Of a stretch of 64,000 nucleotides of DNA, positions 11,877 through 24,163 are shown one piece after another. Numbering within the stretch: position 1 is the stretch's first letter; every line of letters begins with the position of its first letter. The notes beneath the pieces were generated by a model. That model had not been told where the DNA came from, did not search any database, and worked only from the letters and a program-made list of their open reading frames with translations. Position numbers and translations under genes: made by a program. The stretch is from Diadema antillarum (Eukaryota): contig NW_027272146.1 in the NCBI RefSeq assembly GCF_040938485.1, positions 62,001 to 126,000 on the forward strand. The letters are read 5' to 3'.

Positions 11877-12995
11877 ATAGGTATCCCCGGCCAAATCCAT
11901 TCTTTTGTCATTCAATTTCATTATTATAAGCATTCATTTTCGTCAAATCTGTTCAGGCATCGAAAGACCGTCATTCGAAATCGTTTTCTTCGTTCAAATT
12001 GACAAATTCGGCAACCGATTTCGCATTTGCGCATTTTTTAATCATTGAATGCGCATACATTTTCGGCAATGGTTATTCAACTTCGTCTCCACCTGTCGCC
12101 AGCTCTTTCCAAGTATTCCAATTTGCATATGGTTAAACAAATTCATATAGAAGGAGCCGTCAAATTAAACCAGTGCGATGTCCATTGAATTAAAAGGTAC
12201 ATAACTTGTACTGCATAAAGAACGTCTACATATTATGGATCACACAATGATGATGCAAATATTATATGTAATTTTAAATGAAGATCACATTAGGCGTTTT
12301 CACATCAGCCCGATAAAAATCCAAGCTCGAGATATTTTGTAACTTCCCAAGTCAGAAAATAGCGCGCTATTTCGAAACATCGGGCTGATGTGAAAACGCC
12401 TAATATGATCATAATCAAAGATGTCAAATGAAGGCTATAAAGACAATAAGATTTCCATGAAATAAAGATGTGAATTATAGGTAAAGAAAACCATGTAATG
12501 ACATGATGAAATGAGGATTTTGTATTGAAGTTTACATGACGTGTTTAGCAAAAGAAAAAAAATATGGATGTTCAAATAAACAAATGCTGATCATGATGCT
12601 GAAATTGAAGATAGAAAATAAAAGTCACATTCAATGATCAGCATGGACACTCTTGCTTATTCATTAATAGATATACGTGCATTACGAAATGTAATGTTCA
12701 TATTGATAAAGTCGCTTGCTCAAAAACGAAATGAAAGTGCATTGAAGTGCTTATCGAACCGATCGTACTAATTTGAATTCACAAACTTGGAAATTCATGC
12801 CTAAACACGAAATTGAATGCTTACATCCGAATTGAACTTGTGACCACTTATTTGGATGCCTAACAACGAATTTGAAAGCATTAAACGTGAATTGTTTGAC
12901 CAAAGTCACCTCACCGCTTCAAACATATTAATTTGAATGCTAACATATAATATGAAAATGGATGACAATTCCCCGAATTGGCCGGGAAAACCTAT
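11877..12995. mobile_element. Non-autonomous TIR element with many subterminal (AT)TTGAA motifs
   Basis: ATAGGTATCCCCGGCCAAAT is inverted relative to AATTGGCCGGGAAAACCTAT. No ORF and no clear TSD. Confidence 0.5.
12291..12402. mobile_element. 112-bp MITE nested in the 11877-12995 element
   Basis: Perfect 24-bp inverted ends TAGGCGTTTTCACATCAGCCCGAT / ATCGGGCTGATGTGAAAACGCCTA. Confidence 0.75.
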
Positions 12996-13605
12996 TGTAA
13001 CAACCCAATACTGATCTCGAGGATTAGGCAACCAGTGATTTATTTGCCATCTGTTTGATGAGACTAACGAACTAATTTCAGGTATGGGAGTTTAAGTTAT
13101 CACATTTATACGTCTTTCAAATTAACTTGTACCCGTAAACTGAAATGAAATATATCTTTTTATGATAAAATTGAAAATATATAGCGAGTGACGCGTTTTG
13201 CTCATTTGTATTATGTTTTGTCCATGATTTATGACGACTTGCGGGGTTTTTGCTTATTCTTTTGCGTGTCCAGTCGGAAGTAAAACCTTTTAATCATGCC
13301 GTTATCATGAGCTAACGAATGATGTAATGAGGGTATGATACGTTCCCTAAAATGCCTTGTAATAAGACAGCTCATTCTTCAAATTTCATATAACACATCA
13401 TGAAATAGGTCTGCTTCGTTGACTGATGAGAAGCTTAAATCAATATTTCTATAAAAAACAAAACAATACAGATAATTCTGTGCATCTTTCATAACTATTT
13501 CAAAATAATAATATCTGTTTTCATATGTGAAAGTAGATATCAAGGTATTTTGTAAATAGCAGTAGAAGATACGTCAAACTGGCGGCATCCTTTGGGAACC
13601 AAAAT

Positions 13606-13760
13606 NNNNNNNNNNNNNNNNNNNNNNNNNNNNNNNNNNNNNNNNNNNNNNNNNNNNNNNNNNNNNNNNNNNNNNNNNNNNNNNNNNNNNNNNNNNNNNN
13701 NNNNNNNNNNNNNNNNNNNNNNNNNNNNNNNNNNNNNNNNNNNNNNNNNNNNNNNNNNNN
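13606..13760. other. Assembly gap
   Basis: Run of N. Confidence 1.
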
Positions 13761-14499
13761 ATGTAATATTCTTTACAGCGCAGATTGTGACATCAGATGA
13801 GTGATGATATAGATTGTGTATGAGTGTAGCTCAGATTTGTCTCAGGTGTTGGCTCCGTACAATATCCCAATTAGGCATACAAGAAAAGATTATTGGTGAT
13901 CCCTTTTGATACGAAGACTCAAACTGGCACAATGTATTCGTCTGTGTTACGAAGGAATAGAATCTAAAGCTTTTCGTGTAGCATATATAGGTTGCACGAC
14001 ATGCATCTAATTATGCCTAAACTGATCCCTAAATAGATAAATACATCCCACCCAGTTGCTTCTAATTATTGTTTGAAAATATGAAAAACAATCGCCAACA
14101 TGTAAAATTCGATAAGAGTCGACGAGAGGGGGCAAAGAAGGAATGAAGAATTGCATGCTTATCCAACCCGACAGAACTACTACAATCATTAACCACCCAC
14201 GAAAACAGTATTTACCTAGAATTCAATCAACATGATCAAGCATAACAATCCTGAAATCTGTTATTACCTGCCGATGGCATCGCTGTTAGCTCTTTCCCAC
14301 CACATTTCCAAAAGCAAATTAAAATCTTTATCGTCAAAAAGCTGTACAATGTGGAACTACATTTTGCTTGTCCGCTAATTGGACTGGGTATAAACACTTT
14401 CTTAACTTCCATTGTGATTCAGTTCTATGTTGTGTATTGTAGTTTCACAGCAAGGCATGTTTATCAAGATTGAAAAATGGTCCCCAAAAGCAAGAGTTG

Positions 14500-15700
14500 G
14501 GCAGTTACGAATACAAATGGGAAGACTATTACGCAACTTTATACCTCTATAAAAAAAAATGTACGTTTGCAATTATTTGTTCGGGGTTTAGGCAAAAAAA
14601 GGTAATTATATCGGAAATGGTAAGGTTTATCAGTATATGATATATTTTCTTGTGAATAACTGGGTGTTAAATTACACAAAACTTTGAACATCATAATTTG
14701 AACGTGGCGAATTTGGCGAAATTTCAAAATTTCCCATTGTAGTATATTTCATGCACGGATGATACGGAAAAATGAGATTGTGGTTTTATTTCTAAGATGA
14801 TTACTCTTCCCGCTCTATTTTGACGTTTCTGCATTTGGTTAAGAAGTTGCTCATGTGAAGATTGAAATACAATGTCTGCATAATCTAGATGAAGTAAAGT
14901 AACTGTTCGATATATCAAATTTAGATGTTTTCTACTGATAAGTTGTAAACGACGAAGAAAGGAAATCATGCGACCAACCTTGTGCCTTTGGACACAAAAT
15001 TAATCATCAACATGAGCATCCCATTTAAGTTCACTATCAATATAAAAGCCCAAGTATTTTACGCTCTGTACTTGATTTATCACATGACCTTTTATGCTAA
15101 GATACAATCTGCTATACATTTTAATCATATGCCGGTTCCCAATAAGCATACTCACAGTTTTATCATAATTAATTTTCAGTTTATTTTTGGTAATCCATTT
15201 GTCGAGTTTCAGAAGCTTATGTCGCAAAATTGATTGAACTGTACGCGGGTCTTTGTGGGAAACATATAAAACAGTGTCGTCCGCATACAAATGTATGCTA
15301 CATGAGTCGAATACAGAAGGTAAATCGTTAATAGATATAATGAATAGTAAGGTACCTCAGATAGATCCTTGAGGCACTCCTAGCCCGATGGGTAATTCTT
15401 CAGAAATACAATTCCCTATACATGTACAAGTTACAATCCTCCGATCCGAGAGATAGTTTTCAAACCATTTAAGCGAGGTGCCACTGATCCCAATTTTACG
15501 CATTGTATTGAGGAGACATTCTACATTGACCAGGTCGAAGGCTTTTTGAAGATCAACAAGTACGGCACCTGTATATATTCCTTTATCCATGGTTTTTAAC
15601 CATGCACGCATCCGTGACCTTAATCAGTGTTGCAATTACAACCAATAAGCCAGTTCGGGGTTCCAGTCTGAGCATGAGCAGAAAAAGGTCATTTGTACCG
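14500..15700 (-). mobile_element. Degenerate non-LTR retrotransposon (L2/Crack-like) reverse transcriptase fragment, 5'-truncated
   Basis: Broken frames contain GAVLVDLQKAFDLV, LKWFENYLSDR, GVPQGSI, YADDTVLY, VKYLGFYIDSELKWDAHV, LDYADIV, QKRQNRAGR and LFLPKPRTN. Confidence 0.88.
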
Positions 15701-18700
15701 AAAGACATGTTGGTTTTTAATTTCACTGACATAAGCATCTGTAATGCTATTATATTTTGGCTCCTTATTAATGGTGCCTGCCAGTACATCCACCTGACAG
15801 CAAGCCTGGTGTTTGGCATTGTTAACAGAAAAAAAAAAAGTTTGTTAATGTATTCAAAACAGCACAATGAAATAGATGCTTCCCAAAGTGTTGATTGACG
15901 AACCATTCTGGTCACTTCATCTACACAGGTTCATTCTTTGTTAGAATACGAGTTCCATAAATTGCTATGTTGGGCAAGCTGCTGCGTTATGTCGCTTTGA
16001 ATTGAGTGAAGTGCCTAACCAACTGAGAAAAATGAAAGGTCATTTGTACCCATGTGCACATGAGCTATCTCCGAACTGGCTTATTCAATAAAAATTATGT
16101 ACTAGTAACTTGACGGTTACCTCACCACATCTTGAGTGTGCGGTATTGAGTATTGCACGTTGTCTCACGCGGCGGACGGTATATAGGACTACAATGCATC
16201 GCGACGTCATAAACTGTCTACAGTATAATGCCAACTTCAGAAGTTATGATTTTACAACCAAACATATAGGGCATATACCTTATCTTCACCCCGACAATGA
16301 AACCAGACAACTACTATGTGAATATGTAAAATATGGGTATGTGTTAAACAACACAAACAAACAAATCGCATTCTAAAGGTGACGCGGCTTTCACAACTAC
16401 AAGTTTACGTTGAAGAAAGTAGGTTTTTAGGAACAAAGTTCAACTATCGGAAAAACACCTTATAAATAGCGGACATTGAACTCACTCTTCTGTTACGGTG
16501 GATCATGACATATTCATAACTTCGACTCTGCGAAGATGTCATAAAAGGCAATTAGTTTTTTTTGTGTGTGTCTTTTTTCATGACAAATGACATAACTTCA
16601 CGCCTCCGACACAAAATAACAGATATGGAACTTAATGTTATCATCTACACTTCAAAAAGAGCAGTGTTGCTTAAGAAATTATACAGTTAATTTAAAATAG
16701 AATTTTGTATACCAAAATATGAGAGGACAGCCTACCATGCAGCCTACCTATCATAATCCACCAGCATGGAATAAATGAAAATTTCACATGGCAGAGAATA
16801 AACCCGTCAAAATTGAAAATATTCATGGCTAACATTTAATGTGACGCAGATCATCACTCGAGTATTAACATCCTATTTTTTTGTTATCGAGACGTAGAAA
16901 ATAAATCAAGAAGTAGTAGTGCATCAACACTCCTCGTCTCAGAGAACGCCGCTACTGTGAGTTTGTTGAATAAACGCACATCGCATCCGACTATAAAATC
17001 ACGGATGATGAGCTTGAAATATGATAGACTTAAGTTATTAAAAAATGAGAAGGTAATTTTACCCACCAGGCATAGAGCTGGAAAGAAATGGAAAGCGTTT
17101 TCAAGGGTTATCACGTTAAAACATAATAATGTGCGTGTGATGCGATTTTGTATAATTTTGAAAAGTTATCAGGTACGATTATGAACATCCCCTCTGTATT
17201 AGGTGTTCCTTGCATGCGGCTTCTTGGCTTTGATGGTGGAAAAAATGACTACTTTGTCGGCAATGCACTCTCCTAAATCCTAACAAGCTCTAATTTCAGT
17301 AACATCAGCCTGGATTTAACGATTCAGACGAAGTACATCAGAATATAATCAACAAAAAGAAAGGGAAAATATCTGCATGGAAAGTTAAGAACTCAGTTAT
17401 GATATCAAATATCAAATACATGGAGAACAGTCGAGTAGAAGATGATTCCATGGGGGGTGGGATGGGGATGAGGGGATGAGATGGTGACATAAAATGTGAT
17501 TGGAGAGCTGAGAACTATACTAATACAGCTCTTTACATGTCTCTTGATACAAGCTTATGGACGGAAAGTATAACAGTGTGATAAATGTCTATTTGCAGAA
17601 GTAAAAGTTGGCTTCATGGATTGCTTTCATTATACATGTTTTCATCGATAGAGAAGCGAAGCATTTTTGTTTTGTCTGTTGCATGCACTATCGAAGTCAA
17701 TGACAGCTGACCTTAATTGTCATCCGTATAATGTCTGCAAGCAATACATGTGGTTGTCAAGTCTGATTAGTTTTGATTATGTTACATCGCAATAACATTG
17801 TAAAGGGAATAGAGTTAGAACGGGTTGGAGAAGGTTAGAAGAAGTTAGACTAGGATATTTCTGTACTTTAAAGCGGAAATTGAATCAGATTCAGATGGAT
17901 GTTGTTGCAATACGTAGTTTATGTACAAGCACGCGATAGTAATTATTTCAAATAATCTGAGATGAAATGGGCTCTAAAAAAGATAGATGTTGCTGATAAA
18001 TATCTCCCTGTCGCCGAAATGAACGGATTTTAGCCAGTCGTATCTTGAATCATTAATAGAGGGAGTCTGCTGATGAAATATAAATGAAATTCATAGGAGA
18101 GTGATGGTTATTCAGGCTACCTCCTACGTGCTATATGCGTTCCCACTTTAATTACCTTATATCGTGAATACGGTAGGCAAAAAAATAAACAAATAGAAAT
18201 ATGGAATGGAATGTGAGGATTAATTTTAAGCATCAGACTGGAAAGGATATATCCACGTATAGACAAATGACATCTTGAGCGACTGCGACTGTTACAAAAC
18301 AATATTCTTTATTCATCAAAACAAGATAAACTATAAAAATCAAGAGAAATGGTCTAGTAACATGATTATTAGTCTGCACAAATCTCAAGCTCCCTTAAAT
18401 GTATCACTTTCAAGTTGTTGTTTGCATCAGAGTGACTTAACTGCCTCCCACGAAGGTCAGTTTTATTAGGCACATTCTACATCCTATTATCTATCATATT
18501 TATCACATAATCCTGCATCATAATCTGGAAATCCCCATGACGATTCACTTTCAGAAATTTCCATGAATTGAGTGCAGCCTAAATCTTGTTGGAGAAATGC
18601 ATAAGGCCTCTGATATTCTTTAGAGAGATATGTTGATATATATAACGACCTCGTGAACATGAAAGTCAGAATGCGACTCAGGTGTAGCAATCCATTTTGC

Positions 18701-19270
18701 TCATCAGATGAATTTGCAGGACGTGGCTGAAATTACCTCTACGTGTTGACCAGTAAATGAAAAAAAAATGATACAAATACATGTACATAACTCACTGTAT
18801 AAATGTATTTATTAGTGTAGATGATGTCAAAGTTCTTTCTGTTAAACATTGCTAAATCTTAAATTTGCAATATGAAATGTCTTGTGAACCTCGACTTTCA
18901 TACTCACAGTACTCTTGCTCTATCATCCTAAATCACTTTCTTTACACAATGTTAAAATGGATGTAGCCTTACTTAAAAGGTTTACTATATCCAAGCCTCT
19001 CACAAAATGTGATGTTGTATGTATATACATTTTAGATCGATGTTTGATAGCGAGGAAGTGGTCCGTCCGTAGCAACAGTTAATATGTCCACGTCTGATTG
19101 GCTGATACCCATCTCGTCTATGTAGAATTACGCAAAGGGATTTTAATCCTCTGGGAATCGGGTACTAGTACTGTATTATATTAGTTGGTATAACGAGAGC
19201 GGGAGCACAATGTTTGTTTGTGGAACCTGCCTCATGCACTGACAATCATGAATGTATAAAAGTATACGTA

Positions 19271-19452
19271 TACAGTCGAACCTGCCTTTGCTGCTGCCAC
19301 TGTCTATAGCGGTCACCTGCTGCATACGGCCACTAAAAGAATTCTCTCCGAGAGAAAAGTTATGTTGAAGACCCTGTCTGTAGCGGTCACCTATCTATAA
19401 CAACCATTTTTTCTTCTCTCTTGGATGGCCACTGCAGACAGGTCTGACAGTA
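19271..19452. mobile_element. Tc1/mariner-like MITE
   Basis: TA-CAGTCGAACCTG...CAGGTCTGACAG-TA, with internal repeats of tagcggtcacct. Confidence 0.6.
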
Positions 19453-19770
19453 TTCATAAATACGCAGGCAAATCATGAGATAAATAGAGAAAGATAGAGC
19501 CAGAGACATACTTTGCATCGGGAGCGTTTATCTAATATTTCTCACCGAGGTCTCAGCTTATTTGCATTCAGGTCATTGAAAGGAGAGAAAGGAAAAAAAA
19601 TGTTTTATAAGCAACAAAATCACAAGCCAGCATGCACAGGTATCCCAGATGATAATTCGCGAAGTCGGCTGACTTGTAAATTTCTCATTGATGGATTATT
19701 CTTGCTCGTACATTTCATACTGTTGTCATCAGGGGTCCAAGGCAATTACCCCCTGGGCAATTACCCCGGA

Positions 19771-22700
19771 TAGTGGGGCGGTTTAGCCCGAATATTTAAA
19801 GGAATTGTGCATTTTGTGATAAAAGCGCGAAATTTGGCACACATATATACATTACATGTTGCGAACATTTTTAGATGTTGGGCCACTTGGAATTCTCTCT
19901 TTATGTCCGCCATATTGGATTTCGAAATGGCCGCCATTTGAAATCTACATTTGCGATTATCTCTGGGTCTAATGCTGCTATTGACTCGATTCTGGTGTCT
20001 AAATGTACGTTGTTGTTAGTGGTGTTTTTTTTTTTTGGGGGGGGGGGCAGGAATCCAATGGTAACAATCTGCATTGCGTATTTTCACCAATGGGCCACCA
20101 TATTGGATTTCAACATGGCTGCCATTTGAAATCTACATTTGCGATTGCCTCTGGGTCTAATGCTCCTATTGACTCGATTCTGGTGTCTAAATGTATGTTT
20201 TGTTTTGTTTTTTTGTTTTCTGTTTTTTTTTTTGGGGGGGGCAAGGAATCCAATGGTAACAATCTGCATTGCGCAATTCCACCAATGGGCCGCCATATTG
20301 GATTTCAAAATGGTTGCTTTACAATACATGACCGCTTCTCGATCTACATTTGTCGTTATCTTTGGATCTGATGACTTGACTCTGGTGGTTGTGGTGGTGG
20401 TAGTAGTAGTTGTAGTGGTAGCTGTAGCGGAAGTGATGTTAACAGAAATGTTACATTATATCATTCCAGATTCATCGTGATGCATGCATGTAGACTGACG
20501 GTGCTGGTTTTTGTTCACAAGACAGTTCCACCATGTCCAAGAGGTTCAGACTAGCTCATGCTGAGCGAACTTCACCATCAACATCACCGCACCTCGATCA
20601 CCACAACTGACTGGAGGTTATGCCTCATATGTCAAGAAGACAAGATGGAAACACTGACCAAACCTGACCAATCAAAGAGGAAAGACATTGGTAGTGGGTA
20701 CAGTTCACTCACAGAGAAGTTGATCAAATCCAGTGAACTTGGAGAGCTTCCAGGATCATATCACTTGGAAAGATTCGATGATGGTCATTGCATTGAAGCT
20801 GCGATGGTTGCACATGGTGCACAATATCAAGAGACGTGCAGGCTCCAGTACAACGCTAAACTACGGAGGGCTCAAAAGAGAGCACTCAAGAAAGAAGGGC
20901 AGAGCGATGAGGAACAATCTATGTGCAAATGAACCAGGGCATATTCACGTTCGAGTACAGAGAAGGTCCCAGATACTTGTTTCTTCTGTGGACAACCTGC
21001 TGGGGCTAACAGTCTTCGGAAAGCTGCAACATTCCAAATGATGACGTGTGTCTGCAGTTTGCGGTCTACAGTATTGGTTCCCGTCCTGGAATTCTTCAAT
21101 CACCCTAGCAACTTCCGGTCCCGCAACCATCCAACGACGAAGGGTACTAGGGTTGTCAGTAAGCCCAACTGCGCCACCGTCTCCTTTGATGCAGGCATTA
21201 TTCTGCTCATGTGCCTGGTCAATCGGGATTGCTGAGAACACCCTCTGTGTTTTCTGAACTGTGAAGTGGCCTTCACTGAATTGCTTGGCTACGTCTGGGT
21301 GTTTGGTAGTGAGGTCGGACATGTCCTTTAGGTGCACTGTTATCCACCTAGCATAGTGGGTATGATCTAGTGCGTGGAACCTGGGGACCAGCTCTGTCAG
21401 AGCAGGGAGGTGAGAGGTGTCTCACCTCCCTGGTCAGAGCATCGAGGTACATCATCAACGATCCCTGCCTGAGAGAACGCACACACACTACTGGCTGACT
21501 GGCTGTCGGCTTGCATAAATGCAGCCCAAGATGTGTTTTCATTGTCCACTGTACCAGTGTTGTCTTCTAGGACTTGTTTTGCATTGCGTAGCCATTGGTA
21601 TTCTTCATCATATTGCTGTTTGAAGTCTCCTCTGGTCAATAACGAGAGAGAGAGAGAGAGATGCTCAGGCCAAGGTGTGACAGTCTGTCGACCAATTCCT
21701 TCTTGCGTGTATGAGCATGCAACATCATCCCTATGCATATGTATGTTGGAAGCGGGGTCTCCTGTGCAATACTGTGCCTGCCACAGGTGGATGATGTGGT
21801 GCCACGTCTTCGCTTGTGTTTGATGCTGTTGAACTTCAGTATCTGGGCTGCGGTAAGTACTGCAGGGTTAATGTCTGCCGGCTGGTCCTTGATGCTGGGT
21901 CCCTCTAGGACTAGGGCAAACAGCAACGGTGGCACAGATTCTTCTTGACATCCTTCAGGGAATCCTGTGAAGGGCTTGGCTTCTCCAAACATGTGACAGC
22001 GAACAATGTGTGCAGCACGGGCAAGATGGACTGCATCACCATCACTGTCCAACTCGCAGGCTTTGTCAAGAGCAGCACCGAGATCTTCTTAAAGTGCCAT
22101 CAGGATGTCTCTCCCCTTGGTCTGCGCCCGCATGTCAGGAAACTGAGATAGTAGTCTCTGTTTCAGTCGTGTGGAGTGGACTCTCGTGTCAAGCTGCATT
22201 CCAAGCTGTTCCATTCTGGACTGATAGAGATGGACAAGATCGGCCAATCTCAATACTGGTGCCGTCTCTTCATCTTGTCTGGTTTCTTCAATGTAGAGGA
22301 CGAGTTCAACGAAGACAACTACCGACTTTGCTCGCTCCTGTTGACTAGACCTTTCTTGTGCGGTTGTAAAGTCCTATCAAGCACTGTGGGTGATTCTGGG
22401 CGTCCAACGCTACCATGTCCCCACGACTGAGACGGCCAGGAAGTTCTGTATCACCAAGAAGGGTTGCACAGGCACGCATCCGTCTGTCCATTTGGAATGT
22501 TGCAGCTTTCCAAAAACTGTTAGCCCCAGATGGTTATCCACAGAAGAAATAAGTTTCTGGGACCTTCTCTGTACTCGATGAACGTGGATGTGCCCTGGTG
22601 CGTTTGCGTAAAGATTGTTCCTCATTGCTCTGCCCTTCTTTCTTGAGTGCTCGCTTTTGTGCCCTCTGTAGTTTGGTGCTGTTGTACTGGAGCCTGCACG

Positions 22701-23685
22701 TCTGGTGATGTTGTGCACCGTGTGCAACCATCGCAGCTTCAATGCCATGACCATCATCGAGTCTTTCCAAAGTGGAATGATCCTGGAAGCTCTCCAAGTT
22801 CACTGTATTTTACCAAGTTCTCTGCGAGTGAAGTGTACCCACTACCAATGTCTTTCCTCTTTGATTGGTCAGGTTTGGTCAGTGTCTCCATCTTGTCTTC
22901 TTGACATATTATGAGGCATAACCTCATGTTGATGGTGCAGTTCGCTCAGCATGAGCTAGTCTGAACCTCTTGGACATGGTGGAACTGTCTTCTGAACAAA
23001 AACCAGCACCGTAAGTCTACTGTTAGCAGCAACAGGCATGCATGCATCATGATGAACCTGGAATGACACAAGGCAACATTTCTGTTATCATCACTGCCAC
23101 TACAGCTACCACTACAACTACCACTACCACCACCACAACCACCAGAATCAAGTCATTAGATCAAAAGATAACGACAACATGGAGATAGAGAAGCGGCCAT
23201 GTAATGTAAAGCAGCCATTTTGAAATCCAATATGGCGGCCCATTGGTGAAAATATGCAATGCAGTTGTTACCATTGGATTCCTTGCACCCCCCCAAACAT
23301 ACATTTAGACACCAGAATCGAGTCAATAGCAGCATTAGACCCAGAGACAATCGCAAATGTAGATTTCAAATGGTTGCCATTTTGAAATCCAATATGGCGG
23401 CCCATTGGTGAAAATGCGCAATGCAGATAGTTACCATTGGATTTCTTGCCCCCAAAACTTACATTTAGGCACCAGAATCGAGTCAATAGCAGCATTAGAC
23501 CCAGAGATAATCGCAAATTTAGATTTCAAATGGCTGCCATTTTGAAATCCAATATGGCGGACACAAAGAGAGAATTCCAAGTGACCCAATATATGAAAAT
23601 GTTCGCAATATGCTAATGTACATTTCTTCCAAATTTAGTGCTTGTATCACAAAATGCACAATATATTTGCTATGCTGCCCCACTA
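19771..23685 (-). mobile_element. Decayed Academ-like DNA transposon with long inverted arms (19771-21040 and 22489-23685)
   Basis: Termini are 5'-TAGTGGGGC...GCCCCACTA-3' with a GGA 3-bp target duplication (19768-19770, 23686-23688). Broken minus-strand transposase frames include DSDGDAVHLARAAHIVR, ETPLPTY, HAHTRKKELVDRLSHLGLSIS, DHTHYARW and FSAIPIDQAHEQNNACIKGDGGAVGLTDNP...RRWMVAGPE. Stops, frameshifts and deletions are present. Confidence 0.8.
21403..21432. mobile_element. 30-bp TIR-only relic (CAGGGAGGTGAGA-ggtg-TCTCACCTCCCTG) with a perfect 7-bp target duplication
   Basis: GTCAGAG flanks both sides (21396-21402, 21433-21439). Removing the insert plus one TSD copy restores the Academ frame LDALTELVP. 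Confidence 0.8.
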
Positions 23686-23943
23686 GGACCTTTTCCCTGA
23701 CCCTAACCCTAATTCTAATCCTAATCCTGAACCTTATCCTAACCCTGACCCAACCCTAAACTTAACCCTAACCCTAATCTTTACTCTAACCTTAATACCA
23801 ACCAGTATTTAGCCGGGTGGTAATTGTCCGGGGGGGGGGGGGGGTTATTGCCCTGATACGGTCATCAGTCATATCAGTTGTAAATTCATATTTCTATGAA
23901 GGAAAAAGCGAGGGGAGAAGAATCGTGCACAGTCATGTTTAAA

Positions 23944-24163
23944 GGGTTCCATGACATTTTCTTCTGCGACATTTTCTCCCATGAAATATCTGCATGCTTA
24001 GTCAAACATAAATTCTACCTACAAACATAACCCCGACCCTAATCCTATTCTTCACATCAAATTAAACCTGAAACCTATCACTACCTTATAACCCTAAATA
24101 ACCTTACGTCCTAGGAGAAACTACGACCTGAGCAATTGTCACAGGAGCAAATGTCGAGTCACC
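23944..24163 (+). mobile_element. MITE/Helentron-associated (HINE)-like repeat with degenerate CCTAA core
   Basis: gggttccatgacatt...caggagcaaatgtcgagtcacc is the reverse complement of the copy at 38950-39161. Confidence 0.6.

Larger units (their letters stand above)
19738..23855. mobile_element. Short host repeat with degenerate CCCTAA array, split by the Academ insertion (pieces about 19738-19770 and 23686-23855)
   Basis: ggcaattacccc repeats on the left are inverted relative to ggtaattgtcc / ggttattgccc on the right, with a ccctaaccctaa-like array at about 23700-23800. Confidence 0.55.

Noticed and set aside
18470-18730. Minus-strand ORF with an acceptor and downstream AATAAA; another frame has WIATPE resembling the phosphoesterase WYATPE
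   Set aside because: No recognisable homology or partner exons, and the five-residue match does not extend.
19927-20310. Repeat-spacer pattern resembling a CRISPR array
   Set aside because: Only two long units per arm with homopolymer linkers, inside a eukaryotic transposon, and no cas genes.
19771-23685. CACTA/EnSpm classification because the right end reads CACTA
   Set aside because: The orientation is reversed (the element starts TAGTG and ends CACTA). The transposase motifs and termini fit Academ better.
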